The translations under genes were made by a program, and so were the position numbers. A stretch of 64,000 nt of DNA from Macrostomum hystrix. Taxonomy: Eukaryota > Animalia > Platyhelminthes. The notes under the pieces were generated by a model. It had not been told where the DNA came from, made no database searches, and saw only the letters and a program-made list of their open reading frames with translations. How positions within the stretch are numbered: position 1 is the stretch's first letter; the number at the start of each line of letters is the position of its first letter. The DNA lies in the NCBI GenBank assembly GCA_950097015.1, contig CATNEN010000001.1, forward strand, positions 6,076,001 through 6,140,000, in the 5' to 3' direction. Of this stretch, positions 46,008-59,436 are shown piece after piece.

Positions 46008-47695
46008 CCTGACACACCAGTGCTTCCACTTTACAATCTGATGCTTCCTCCTGATACACCGATGCTTCCTCCTGACACTCTTATTCTTCCTCCTGACAAC
46101 CCGATGCTTTCTCCTGACACCCCGAAGCTTTCTCCAGACACTCCGATGCTTTCTCCAGATACCCCAATGCTTCCTCCTGACACCCGATGATCCTTCTTAT
46201 TTTTCGTTGTCTGCTCCTGACACTTCGATGCTTCCTCCTGACACTCCTATGCTTTCTACTGACACCCGATGCTTCCTCCTGACACCCCGATGCTTCCTCC
46301 TGACACTCTTATTCTTCCTCCTGACAACCCGATGCTTTCTCCTGACACCCCGAAGCTTTCTCCAGACACTCCGATGCTTTCTCCAGATACCCCAATGCTT
46401 CCTCCTGACACCCGATGATCCTTCTTACTTTTCGTTGTCTGCTCCTGACACTTCGATGCTTCCTCCTGACACTCCTATGCTTTCTACTGACACCCGATGC
46501 TTCCTCCTGACACCCCGATGCTTCCTCCTGACACTCTTATTCTTCCTCCTGACAACCCGATGCTTTCTCCTGACACCCCGAAGCTTTCTCCAGACACTCC
46601 GATGCTTTCTCCAGATACCCCAATGCTTCCTCCTGACACCCGATGATCCTTCTTATTTTTCGTTGTCTGCTCCTGACACTTCGATGCTTCCTCCTGACAC
46701 TCCTATGCTTTCTACTGACACCCGATGCTTCCTCCTGACACCCCGATGCTTCCTCCTGACACTCTTATTCTTCCTACTGACAACCCGATGCTTTCTCCTG
46801 ACACCCCGAAGCTTTCTCCAGACACTCCGATGCTTTCTCCAGATACCCCAATGCTTCCTCCTGACACCCGATGATCCTTCTTACTTTTCGTTGTCTGCTC
46901 CTGACACTTCGATGCTTCCTCCTGACACTCCTATGCTTCCTCCTGACACCCCGATGCTTCCTCCTGACACTCTTATTCTTCCTCCTGACAACCCGATGCT
47001 TTCTCCTGACATCCCGAAGCTTTCTCCAGACACTCCGATGCTTTCTCCAGATACCCCAATGCTTCCTCCTGACACCCGATGATCCTTCTTACTTTTCGTT
47101 GTCTGCTCCTGACACTTCGATGCTTCCTCCTGACACTCCTATGCTTTCTACTGACACCCGATGCTTCCTCCTGACACCCCGATGCTTCCTCCTGACACTC
47201 CGATGCTTCCTCCTGACAACCCGATGCTTCCTGCTGACACTCCGATGCTTCCTCCTGATACACCGATGCTTCCTCCTGACACTCCTATGCTTTCTACTGA
47301 CACCCGATGCTTTCTCCTGACACTCCTATGCTTCCTCCTGACACCCCGATGCTTTCTTCTGACACCCCGATGCTTTCTCCTGACATTCCGATGCTTTCTC
47401 CAGATACCCCAATGCTTCCTCCTGACACCCGATGATCCTTCTTACTTTTCGTTGTCTGCTCCTGACACTCTTATTCTTCCTCCTGACACCCCGATGCTTC
47501 CTCCTGACAACCCGATGCTTCCTGCTGACACTCCGATGCTTCCTCCTGATACACCGATGCTTCCTCCTGACACTTCGGTGCTTCCTCCTGACACTCCGAT
47601 GCTTTCTCCTGACACCCCGATGCTTCCTTCTGACACTCCGATGCTTCCTCCTGACAGTTCGATACTTCCTCCTGACAGTTCGATGCTTCCTCCTC
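46008..47695. repeat. 21-bp minisatellite (CCTGACACTCCGATGCTTCCT) with a 228-bp higher-order unit
   Basis: The marker GTTGTCTGCTCCTGAC occurs at ~46206, 46434, 46662 and 46890. Confidence 0.95.
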
Positions 47696-47736
47696 GAAAC
47701 ATTTGACATTTGAAAACTTTTAAACTTTAATTTTAG

Positions 47737-48881
47737 TTAGTTCATCTCGGTGTTGGGACATTCACAAAGACCAGTCTTCGTGATTTGGTAGTCGACTTTT
47801 CGGCGGACCTGTTCGCTGAGTACAATGGCATACTTTTGCCCAAGCCAAGACCAACCACAAAGATGTGGAACATCTTTTATCCATTCAGCTGGCAATTGTG
47901 GCTCTGCCTCGCTGCCTCCCTTTTTGTGACCGCCTCCTGCGTGTGGTCCATAGCGTACTTCTCGCCTTTCTCAGCCGTCAATTTGCAATTGGAGTACGGC
48001 ATCACCGATGAGACCAGCTACCTTGAGTACCTGTGGGCTGTGACTGGCTGCTTCATGCAGCAATGCCAGGACTTCTATCCGTCGCTAATTCCCCAAGAAT
48101 CTCGCTCAGCTTTTGGTTCTTCTTTGCGGTCATTATCTCCGCGTCTTATACAGGTTGGGCCTCTTAAAATGAGGTATCGTCCAAAATTTGAGGTAGCTTG
48201 ATGTCAAATCTAAACTATCGTACCTGCTAATTTATGTTTCAAGCCTTCCTCACATCAACACTGACTGTCTCGGTGACACCGCTGCCAATCAAGTCACTGG
48301 ATGATATTGTGGCGCAGTCTGCTATCGTACCTGCAGCCATTCCAGGGACTAATTTGCACCAGCTGTTAAAATCTACTTCCAGTGTTGCCATCTACAAACA
48401 GATTGGCAATATTCTGCTTGACGCTCCAAATTGTCCTCTTGAGGTGCGTGATTCTCTGAATCCTACCCGCAATTTGATTTCCTGTCTTCCCTGCGTCGCT
48501 AATCAACTCAAAGTACGGCCGCGGGCAGAGGTAACGCAAAAGAAGGAACCAAAGAATAAAAGAGTTCAAAGAATGAAAGTGTGAATATAGGGCAGAAAGC
48601 AAAGACGAAAGACGCGATAGAAGTAGACGAAGTGCTTCTCCAGATCGAGTTTTACTTTCGACTTAGAGACTCTGAGTTGTCATGGCGACGTAAAAATCGC
48701 CCCTAACACCGCAGGCCCTTCAAAACGATAATATTGCCTGCTTCGGAGACGTCTCGCGGCTGCAATACTTTGCTAAAATCAATTGCAGCCAAGTCTTCCT
48801 AGCCGATGTGCGATTCAATGCGGCCACAGTGGCTTTCATCTACCCGGAGGATGCCGCCTACGCTGAGGCCATCGATTTCTA
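47737..48881 (+). CDS. Ionotropic glutamate receptor / IR-like subunit, internal exons (S1-M1-pore-M3-S2) with one apparent frameshift
   Basis: T..R..VVDFS; IFYPFSWQLW (M1); GCFMQQ (pore); WFFFAVIISASYTAFLTSTLT (M3); PIKSLDDI; S2 exon at 48715-48881. The frame breaks near 48080. Confidence 0.82.
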
Positions 48882-49014
48882 GTGAGTACATTGCTTGTGT
48901 TGTCTATAAGTGTCAATCGACGCATTCCGATGTTCTAAGTGGAGATAATCGTTATGCTTGAAGGCCGCGATTAAGTTATTAAAAACTGAGATTTTCCGAC
49001 CTATGTAAATTTCC

Positions 49015-49400
49015 TATAATAGTGGTTACGGATTTCTGACTGAGGCGTCGAGAGTTCGAATCTTACTCTATTGCCAGCTAGTTTTGTTGCCGAGCAAGAC
49101 ACTTATAGTTTCCTATTGCTGAAGTTCACTCAGCTGTTTAATGGGTCCCAGCATTAGCTGGGGGTAATTGAGGGTGGGTGTGGCTTCCCCCCAGTCCATG
49201 GACTGAACAGCCGTACGCAGCCCTCAGATGGAGCAGCAGGTCGCTCAGTTGTCGAGCCAATCGGATTGGACACTGTGGCTGGGTGTTTGGTTGCTACGGC
49301 TAGCTTCTATTCACTGGGACTGGTACTGTTGGCTGTTGGCAATTCGTTGCCAAGTTAGCTAGAATGAACAGCGCCGAATCGACCGAATAACGAGATCAAT
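49015..49400 (+). mobile_element. tRNA-derived SINE with a CORE-like central domain
   Basis: A box (TAGTGGTT) and B box (GTTCGAATC), followed by GAGCAAGACACTT...CACTCAGCTGTTTAATGGG. The 3' boundary is approximate. Confidence 0.6.
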
Positions 49401-49587
49401 GCCCATCAAGGACAGATTAACACATCTTAGATAGCTTTTTATTATTAAAAAATCTGCTTATAATTTAGCAGTACAATTAGACAAATCTATCTAGATAATG
49501 TACATTAATTTATTTCTACAATTTTTCGCCTATGCATCCGGTATAGCAATTATTGACCATAAAATAAATTATGTTTCATACATAACA

Positions 49588-50700
49588 TCAGGTGTCAGAT
49601 AAGGCTTCAGGTGACAGATAAAGCTTCAGGTAACATAAGGCTTCAGGTGACAGATAAGGCTTCAGGTGACAGACAAGGCTTCAGGTGACAGATAAGGCTT
49701 CAGGTGACAGATAAGGCTTCAGGTGGCAGACAAGGCTTCAGGTGACAGACAAGGCTTCAGGTGTGGTATAGGGCTTCAGGTGTCAGATAAGGCTTCAGGT
49801 TTCAGATAAGGCTTCAGGTGTCGGATAAGGCTTCAGGTTTCAGATAAGGCTTCAGGTGACAGACAAGGCTTCAGGTAACATAAGGCTTCAGGTTACAGAT
49901 AAGGCTTCAGGTGACAGATAAGGCTTCAGGTGACAGACAAGGCTTCAGGTGACAGATAAGGCTTCAGGTGACAGACAAGGCTTCAGGTGACAGACAAGGC
50001 TTCAGGTGTGGTATAAGGCTTCAGGTGTCAGATAAGGCTTCAGGTTTCAGATAAGGCTTCAGGTGTCGGATAAGGCTTCAGGTTTCAGATAAGGCTTCAG
50101 GTGACAGACAAGGCTTCAGGTGTCAGATAAGGCTTCAGGTTACAGATAAGGCTTCAGGTGACAGATAAGGCTTCAGGTGACAGACAAGGCTTCAGGTGAC
50201 AGATAAGGCTTCAGGTGACAGACAAGGCTTCAGGTGACAGATAAGGCTTCAGGTGACAGACAAGGCTTCAGGTGTGGTATAAGGCTTCAGGTGTCAGATA
50301 AGGCTTCAGGTGACAGACAAGGCTTCAGGTGACAGATAAGGCTTCAGGTGACAGACAAGGCTTCAGGTGTGGTATAAGGCTTCAGGTGTCAGATAAGGCT
50401 TCAGGTTTCAGATAAGGCTTCAGGTGTCGGATAAGGCTTCAGGTTTCAGATAAGGCTTCAGGTGACAGACAAGGCTTCAGGTGTCGCATTAAGGCTTTAT
50501 GCGACAGATAATGCTTGATTTGTCAGATAAGGCATCATTTGTCATATAAGGCTTCATTTGTCATATAAGGCTTCATTTGTCATATAAGGCTTCAGGCGAC
50601 AGATAAGGCTTCAGGTGTCAGACAAGGCTTTAGCTGTTAGATAAAGCTTCAGGTGCCAGATAAGGCTTCAGGTGTCAGATAAGGCTTATTGTATCAGATA
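49588..50700. repeat. 19-bp minisatellite (GATAAGGCTTCAGGTGACA)
   Basis: Direct periodicity. Confidence 0.96.
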
Positions 50701-51520
50701 GGGCTAACAATTATGTCAATTCCAATACTTAATTGCTCTTTTAATGCTACTAGAAGGTAGTATGCATTTAGGATTTCTCGACAATCATAGACAGTGAGTT
50801 TGTATACTGTAATGGACTTTATTATTATATATATAGAAACTTAATTACATTTTATATTCATTTTATGCTTCTAATGTACATTGGTGTTTATTGTGGTACT
50901 GTCTGTCTGTCTGTCTGTCTGTAACAATCTGAGTTAAGAAAGGCTATGCAGACAAGCTGGCTAGTTAAGGCAAAACTGTTAAACGTTTCGGGTTGAGTTA
51001 ATAAAAAATGAAAAAGTACTTATATATTAATCTTAAATCAACAAGCAAAGTGGATATTCGCGTCAAATAGATTTGGCCCACTTCAGTAGAATCATCTCTT
51101 GCTAGGGTTAGACTTCGCTTGAGAACAAAATACCAGTGAAATAGCGTTTATAAGGCCGGTTGAAAGATAGAGGGTCAGAGGCACTGCGCTGTTCTTGACG
51201 GCATCGAGGTTTGGCTTGCTGCGAGGGTAGCATTGTGCTCAAGTCTGAGCAGGCTAGGTACTCATCTCTAGTCTGTAGGAGGAGCATCCAAACAGGCAGA
51301 GGGGCAGATATAAAGGCCTGAGTTTCATATAAGCTTCTATACATCTGAAGCTTAACAGTCGTTACCAGTGACAACAAAGCAGCTCTTACTTATGCAATTT
51401 TTTTCTTGAACGAAGCTAACGATTTGAGTGGTTGATTCGCGAGCCAACGTAGTTAGGCTCAAAAACAACTCAAACGGAAAAATTGTCACCTCAGGAATTT
51501 GAGAAAAAATATTACTCAAC

Positions 51521-53334
51521 ATGTCTGGAGGTAAGTCAGAAAAGGAGTTTGGGGCTGTTTTTACTATGGCTTAGCACGTGACTATCTATAGAGCTTCATC
51601 ACTATTGACTGAGCATTCTTTCTATCATTGATTCTGGCAGGTAGGCAATGCTGTAATAAATAATTCAGCGTAGCAATCAGCATGGTTCACCCTCCCATGA
51701 TACAGCTTGGAGATAGAATGTAGAGAATGGGAGTATTTATCTGATTGGATCAAGCGCATTGTGCAGCAGAGCTAGAAAGCGAATGATAAGACTAGTGAGA
51801 CTACATTCATTCACTCTATTTCCCGGTTGTTAGGTGGCCGAAAGCTTTTTTATAGCTTCCCCTTGGCAACAAAATACCCACCGAAAAATCTCCCCGCAGC
51901 GACTAGTCCACGAAGGCAGCTACGAGCCTTCCTAACACAGAGCGCCCATTCAACTGGCACATCGCGGCGGCCGACAACAGCCTGTACTGGCACTGTCAGC
52001 TGCTTCGAGTCGGTCTTTGACACGGAACTGACGATCGAGGAAGTCAGACCAGCAACTAGCGTCAGCTCCAATATGATCACTCTGCCAGCCACGGTGGACG
52101 ACGCGAAGCTGCGCATGCTGTCACTGCGACGCCTGCAGGCTCTGAAGGCTGACGAACTGTCCAGAATGTCGAGGCGCAGCGGGGAGCTCAGAAACTACAG
52201 TCGGGAGCGTTTTCTGGATCGGATTCAGGCTAATGACTCTGTAAGAGAAAAACATATATTAATACTTGTATTACTAGTTTCTCACTTAGGAAGAAAGAGG
52301 CTCGTCTAGTAGCCCTGTAGAACCGGACAAGCTGTGGGATGTTCTCGGATTTGCAAACGTCATCCATGGATGGTTTCGGTCCGAGCTGATTTAGCCTCTA
52401 CCGGTTGAATGAAGGGCAGGGCATCCTCGTTCTTAAGATTGCAAATAGGACACAGTTCGACCCTACGGAGGTCTCCCCCGGAGGAAGCATGGCCTGTGAG
52501 GGTCATGGTGAGCGCCCTGGTGTCCCTCCGAGTTTTGTCTAGAAGAAACTGGAGCCGGGTAAGTAGCAGCTCTTGCAAGGCGCATCTATAGGCAGCGGTC
52601 AGCTGTTGATTGGGGGGGGACGCCACACACTCCCTCAATTACTGAAGCAAACTGAAGCAATGGAAAGTTAAGTGTCCTGCTAAAGGACACAAATTGTTCC
52701 AGCGGCGTCGGGAATCGAACCGTAGCACTAGGCTACAACGTCTGCAGCACAGCAGTACAAATCCTATTCTCACCCACAGACCCAGGCCGCAGCCAGAAAG
52801 CTAGAACCGGCACGACCGCCAAGACCATCTTCTAGCAGGTGTATTTTATCTCCCTACGTGACCATACCGAAGCCAACGGATGTAGGCGACGGCTTCTGTT
52901 GCGAAGCTGCTTCCACTGTCGAGGAGCTGGAGAACGGTCGGTCGCGTTCTCGAGCCCAACTGATGTCGCAGCTGCGCCTGCACCAGCCGACGCAGTCGGT
53001 GCGCTTCCGTCACGATCGCACAGCGCAGGAGCTAGCTCAGGAGGGCAGCCTGCCGAGTCGAAGCCTGTGCGAAGCGTTTCCATGGCAACCTGGCTACAAG
53101 TACACGCCGTATCCTACGCCAAAGCTGTTAGAATGGACTCGCGATGAAGCCGCTAGACGATTGGAACGCCAACGGTTGGCGGAGGAGTTTGACAGGGTTG
53201 AGACGCCGAAACCTGCTGCGACTCCGCCGACTCCGCCTACGTCGCCGCCGGCTCTTCCGCCGACCAACCCGATCGTACATGCCCCTATTGAGCCTACTGC
53301 TTCTACTCTAGTTGCTCATACAATTGAGCCGCCA

Positions 53335-53371
<37 letters not shown>

Positions 53372-53688
53372 CGAAATCTGGCCGAGTGAAAGGCGGTCGA
53401 CGCGGTCATCAGAAGCAACAGCAGCAGCAGCTGACGCCAGAGCAGCAGGCTCTACTGTTGGAGCAGCAACTGGCTGAGAAAGCTGCAGCTCGAAGACGCA
53501 ACTTTTCTGTTTCCACAATTGGAGAAGAAGAATTGGCTCAGAGTCGAATTGAGCAGCAACGACTGCTCGACGTTTGTCAGCGACTTAGGGATAGACAATT
53601 GGCCAGAGAGGCTGCGGCTGCAGCTGCGGCAGCGGCAGAGGCGGCCCTGAAAGCCGCCGCTGAAGCTGCCCTTGCGCCACCAGCACCT

Positions 53689-53722
<34 letters not shown>

Positions 53723-54318
53723 AGTCGGATAAGACTCCGAGAAAGAAAAGAAGCGGCTCGGCAGGCAGTGCCAAGAAGAAAAAATCTGCAGGCCAGGAGA
53801 AGCCGAAGTCGAAGTCGCGGTCGCCGCGATCGGCGTCAAGCGGCAGCGGAAAAACTGGAAAGGCTGGCAGCAGCGGAACGCAGAGTCGAAGCAGCAGCGT
53901 CAGCGGCGAAACTGCTCAGCCAAAGCCAACAGACGCTATAAAGAAGGCTAATCAGCAACAGCAGCAGCAGCCAAAGAAGGCGTCGCCGAGAGCAAAGTCG
54001 CCGAAAGGTGGAAAGAAGGGTCCGGTTTCAAAGAAAGGCAAAACGGCGCAGAAGAAAGCTCCGGCAGCTTCGTCAACACCCCAGCCACCGCCGCAGCCGC
54101 CGCAGGAGACACAGCCAGTCGAACCACCCGGCCCTGACCCGATCGACCTGCTGGCGGACGAGATCGAGGCCGCCCAGGTGTTCCATCGGACTAAGGCACC
54201 TGGAGAATTGCCAGATTTCCCGTGCCCCAGTTCAGAAGGAAAGTCGCGTCAGCAGCTGACCAAGGTGTGGTGGCAGCGACAGGCAATGCCTATTGGAGGC
54301 TTATCTCTGATTACGTAA
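51521..54318 (+). CDS. Uncharacterised low-complexity protein (polyQ/polyA/polyP, Lys-rich); join(51521-51530, 51834-52240, 52780-54318)
   Basis: ATGTCTGGAG|GTAAGT, TAG|G, TCT|GTAAGA and CAG|ACC junctions keep ORFs 51827 and 52858 in one frame. Confidence 0.7.
52285..52740 (-). mobile_element. Intronic composite: tRNA-derived SINE head plus the diverged 3' ORF end of the Loa-type LINE
   Basis: Minus-strand GGTTCGATTCCC B box and TGTGTCCTTTAGCAGGACACTTAAC. Bases 52285-52560 are a reverse-complement match to ~36190-36480 (RALTMTLTGH...ELCP.CNL..EDAL). Confidence 0.7.
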
Positions 54319-55189
54319 CGGCTATCAGTGTCAGACAGTTTTCATATAGTCTTATTATCTCTTCAGTTTATACTGTACACAATTGATAATAATAGTTCAT
54401 CATATTATTAAACATGTACTCTTTCGCCTCTGGAATTCATTTTCAAGTCCTCGAGTTAATATAGATTTATTTGTCTTGAAATCGTGCTATTATTTGATCT
54501 GAAAAAATGCGCTAAGCAAGGTTCTAATGGCATAAAGAAGTACTGAAAACATTTTTATGTCTGTTAAAAGTTTTGCTATACAAAAGCAGGTTAGTTTGAT
54601 TTCAGTGTTTTGCATAGTGTTCCAAACCGAAAGAAATTATTTTTTCATCAACGCATTCCTGAGGTCGATAAAATAAAGAATACTGAAAACTAAAACTTGA
54701 AACTAAAAATCAAAAAGTTTTAGTGTACTTTAAGCGATAGTTTGAATTAAAACAAAACAGATTTGAGTTAGAAAAATTGCAGGGTTTAATCTTGAGAAGT
54801 GGGGATTTAATAATCTATGACCAGGAAAGAGTTTTCAAGCAGCCATAGACGATTCGAACGATTTCCAAAAGAGACTGCACGGTTAAAGAGATTTACAAAA
54901 AAAACTACAAATTTCAAATTTTTGTCGGAGCAAAACAGTCAAACAAACACCTCATAAATAAATTGTTTGAACAAAATTTATAGCAAAGTTCAGCGATATA
55001 AAATATTTCAGTGAGGAACAAAACGCAGTTAAAATAGTCAGGTATATATTAATTAGCAATTTTTGGCATTTTTGTGATGTTCATTTATATTAGGAGCAAT
55101 AATTACGAGCGTATTATGAAGCCAAGTTCACATAGACAAAATGGCGCTAACCATTTCTTAAATGATTAATTGAGCATGCAGTGAGAAAT

Positions 55190-57879
55190 TTACTTAACCC
55201 ACCAGCTGCAGCCAGGGTTGACTTTGCGAACCAGAGTCACAATAGCGCCGGGTCGCAGTCGACGCTCTGTCAGATTTCCGCCAACCTCGTGCAGGCTGCC
55301 CCAGCTTTCACAGCCGACCCGACGCACAACTTCAGCTGCGGTTGTCTTGGGAGTCAGGCGGACCGCTTTCACAACAACAGAGGCTTGGTCTGCTGGCCCG
55401 ACTCTCACAGCGATGACTAGAGTGGCGGATGCCGGGTCTTCAAGCACTGTCGGCGACAGCAGCGACTGGGACGAAGAAGTGGAAGACAGCGGGGATGACA
55501 ATGGCGATATGAGCGGCTGACTGGACTGCAGGTGCTGTTCCAGCTGCTGCTGCTGCTGCTGCTGTTGCTGGCCTTGACGACTCGAGCCGGCAATCCGACG
55601 AAACAGTCGCACTGCAGCATGCGGTTGTCGCTGAGATGTCTCCCTCGGTGGCGGCAAGGGTGGAGGCATTTGTCGACGAAGCTGCCGAAGGGTAAAGTCG
55701 GGCACTGTCCAGACGATACTGCGATATTTGATCAGCATCTCCACAGCAGTGATGAGGCTGTGACTGTCCGTGAGCAGCTGCTCCGGCGACTGAGCAGGGA
55801 ATAGACTCGGCGCTGTCACGGTGGCTAGTGCTTGCAGCGTCATCTGGTTCTTGTGACGATAAGCGACAACCTTGATAGCGGAGAATCGAAATTATAATGC
55901 TTCAAAAAGAGACAAGTTTAAAAGTAGCAAGCATGTCAGGGGAGTGAGTGGCAGAGCGGCCTAACGCATCTGTATCTCGCACCAAGGTCCCTGAGCTCGA
56001 TTCCGTGTCGAGGCCGTATTGATTTTGGGCGCAGCCGCGAAATGAAGGCTTGGGACCTTGTCGTGCAATTTACACCCTCGAGGGCCAACCTTCCGGGCAC
56101 AGTGAGAGTGTACACTGCCTGACGATGAGAAAGTCAGGGCAGATATACACACCTTTGTGAGCCTGTGCCTGTGTACAGTATCCGTGTGCGTGTGTATGCT
56201 CATGAGTCAGCGGAATGGGCAGAACTGTCTCCTCGCTGGCTGCGGGTCTACTGTCACCAAATGATGCGCCAAAGCTTACAGCCGTGCTGCAAATATTATT
56301 ATTACATTAGCAAGCATATCAGCCTACCTTGGCAAATAGATCGACTAATTCTCTAAGTACCGCACTAGCATCGCTGGGCAGTAGTAAAACAAGCAAATTC
56401 AGTCCAAATAGCTTGTCCGTCTCGTCGCGCACCATTGGCAAGCAGGTGAAGCGTCCAGCGTCCCTCGGAGCTGCAGCGAGAGGACGCGGTAGCTCTCGCA
56501 GGCAGGTCTTCAACAGAGCGGCCGCGTCATGCGGATCTATCGACGACGCGACGGCAGCTTCGATGACATCTGGTCCGGCGCTTCGGAGGGCTCGAATTCG
56601 AAGCGCGGAGCCGGACACACGGAACAGCCCGCGAGTCGTCAATGCGTCCTCCCGGCTCAGACGCTGAGTAAGTAGGCGAATCATTCGCAGCAGACGATTT
56701 AGCTTGGCTTCGACTTTGGAAGTTTCAGACGCATCAAGTTTGTCGGCATCGTTGGTTGATTGTGTCTGTCCTCGGCTGCGTCGGCTTAGGAATCTGCGCT
56801 GCTTAGACTCAGCTGGTGTTGAGGACGTCGGTTGGTAGCATCGGTGCTTTGCAAACAGCGCAGCCAACTCGAGGCGAGCCAGACCGCGCACCTTTCGGCG
56901 ATCCAGTTCCGCCAGGTCTTCTATATCCGTGTCGCCTAGCGGGTTGTTTTCCGGCAGAATATAGGTCGGGTAGGCGCTCATACCATCGTCGTTAGTTTCG
57001 TCTGTCTTGCAACGGTGCAACTGATCGTCAGCCATTGTGCCGTTCGTGACGGCAGCTGCTACGTGACAGCAGCTGCCTTTGCAGACGCAACCACTGCAGT
57101 AGCGAGGCATCGGGGCTTGCTCACTCTGCGAAAAGTTTGGTTTGGCGCTTTTTTAGTACGCATCTAATCAAATACTGATGAACGTTTTGAAGGCCAATGT
57201 AACTCACCGGCAGCTGAACAGTTCCTCCAAAGTGGTATATCCTATTCTCAGTATGGAATTCCCCATCTGCAGATTCAGCTTCGTATGCTGCTTCATTTCC
57301 TACATCGTCGCAGGCCGTGATTTCTGGCAGCGGTCTTTGTTGAAAGCTGAACAGACGGCGAACATCCTGACGCTGGCAGCCACGCGAAGCCTTAACAGTT
57401 GCCACGCGACGTGTCACCGAATTCAACTGCCTCCACCGAGTTGCTCGTCGCCACCAAGGTGGCTCAGAATCCCATTGGCTGGCTTCCCAGCCTTCACTCC
57501 ATTGGTTGGTGTCAGTTGCGGTTGCGTTATAAGCCTCCCATTGAGTCGCGTACATGATGCTCTCATCCCATTGGCTGTCATCGGCGGCGCTAAGTAGTTG
57601 TTCCACATCAACTGACCTACGTGATTGGTTGGCACCGTTGGACATTCGCCATTGGCTGGAATCTCTTGAGCGACGCCATTCATTTACATCGGCTGAACGA
57701 CGCCAGTTGCCGCGAGACGCACTGCCATTCGCTGACGTAACGACTTGTTCGCGCTTTTGAACCGAGTCGCTCAAGTGTCGCCTTGGCGACGGGCGCTGCT
57801 GCTGCTGGAGGGCAGCCACTTTTGATGATCGCGAAGCTGCAACTAAAGGGCAATCGAATAGTAAAGTGCATCTAACCAA
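55190..57879 (-). CDS. RhoGAP, ARHGAP18/28 (Conundrum)-like; exons include ~57110-56328 and 55870-55190
   Basis: GLFRVSG (arginine finger), HDAAALLKTCLRELPRPL, NQMTLQALATVTAPSLF and the family C-terminal motif LHEVGGNLTERRL. The 5' exon structure is uncertain. Confidence 0.85.
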
Positions 57880-59436
57880 TGTGGGCCAGATGTACAGCCA
57901 GTGATTGGCACAGCCACAGCCACAACCCTGCGCATCAAAGGCTATGTTTAAGTGATCTGTCCATGGGCTGGGGTACTTTCCTCAACCCACCAGTTTTGCG
58001 CATGTGTAAAGTGAAGCTATAGAGACTTGAGTGTCTTTCTCTTAGACCTATACAGTTTTACCTGGGCTGAAGTTTGAGCCCCCAAACCTCTCGGAATTAA
58101 ACTTAGCTCTAATCGTCAATTTAGAAACTAGAATGTTGACTAGAAAATCAGAAAGAACGCGTTTACTGGCAAGAATCATAAGATAGAGTTTACATTATTA
58201 TAGATGATAACTTACCTTTTCAAATGCTTCTTATCGAGTTGAATTTGAGCCTCAAAGCAGGTAAAGCGTGTAATATATAAAGCCTGAAGTTAGAGGGGCC
58301 AATTTCGCGCAGAAAACTTTGTGACTGTACAGGCGCAAATAAATCACTAGTGTTGCCGACTGTCCATCAGTCCATGACTGAAGAGAAATTTATAGCCAAA
58401 TTTCAGCAAATATTCATGCTGCTAATATAATACAAGGCGAAGTTTATGCTTTTAAATATACAACGGAGTAGCGAAAGACGCGAGGCCGGTTAGAGCAGGG
58501 TCGGATAGGGCGGCTGCATTCATGTTGGCTCAACACTGCTTATTTGAATAAAGACTAAAGTGACTATCGCAACAAATACATTGGAATTTGCATTGCTCTA
58601 TACATACCTTCTGATTTTCAATGTGACCCAGTAGAATTGGCTACTGTGCCGTGTACACTTGGCGCAATGTAGTCTATAGCGTATTTGAAGAGCTCTCTGT
58701 AGAATGTGTGTTCGCAGACCGCAAGCTCATTTATTCCTATCTGGTGGATCTAGATCAAACACCCTGGCAAGTACTACTACACACTGACTTAGCTGCTGCT
58801 GGTTGTTAGAAATCGATTTCTAATAGCGCACGGACTCGCCGTGCTGTTGTATCTGAGTATAGTGAGCCTGCTCAGGCACTGCACGGCTACTCATGAGCTG
58901 CGGGGTTTCAGTTTGAATTTACAATAGTCTTTCAATTTAAATAGCTTAGTTCAATTGCTAGAATAAGTGTGAGACTAGCAAAGTTGTAGAGGCTTGAGCA
59001 ACGCTTTGACGTCACAGAAAGGCAGACGTCAAAGCAATACTAGTACAGATAATAAACTATTAATTATAGAACGCTTGCCGACCCCATTAAAATAATTTGT
59101 GTCGATTAGCAAGACACTTTACTCAGCATTGTTTAAGTTCATCCAGATGTTAAATGGGCAAAGTGTATTATTGCGTTGTCAAAACATCTTGACACACATC
59201 AGGTTCGAAACATTGTGATTATACATATAGACTATCGTTTTTTAATGCATTTTTTATGAAGTTGTTAAGTCACGATAAATTGCAATGGATTATGAGCGAG
59301 AAATTCACTGTTTTTATTAATTTAAGCAACAAGAACTTTAACAGGAAACAGATCAAGGATATAGCAAAGCAAACGAATACCAAAGTATTTAATTTTCGAC
59401 AGTTAGGACTTATAAGTACGAGCTATATATTCTTTG

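Noticed and set aside
46207-47713. Pro/Leu-rich ORFs (MLPPDTP repeats)
   Set aside because: Translations of the 21-bp minisatellite, with the frame switching between units.
49015-49070. tRNA gene
   Set aside because: A and B boxes are present but there is no complete cloverleaf, and a CORE-like domain follows, so it is called a SINE.
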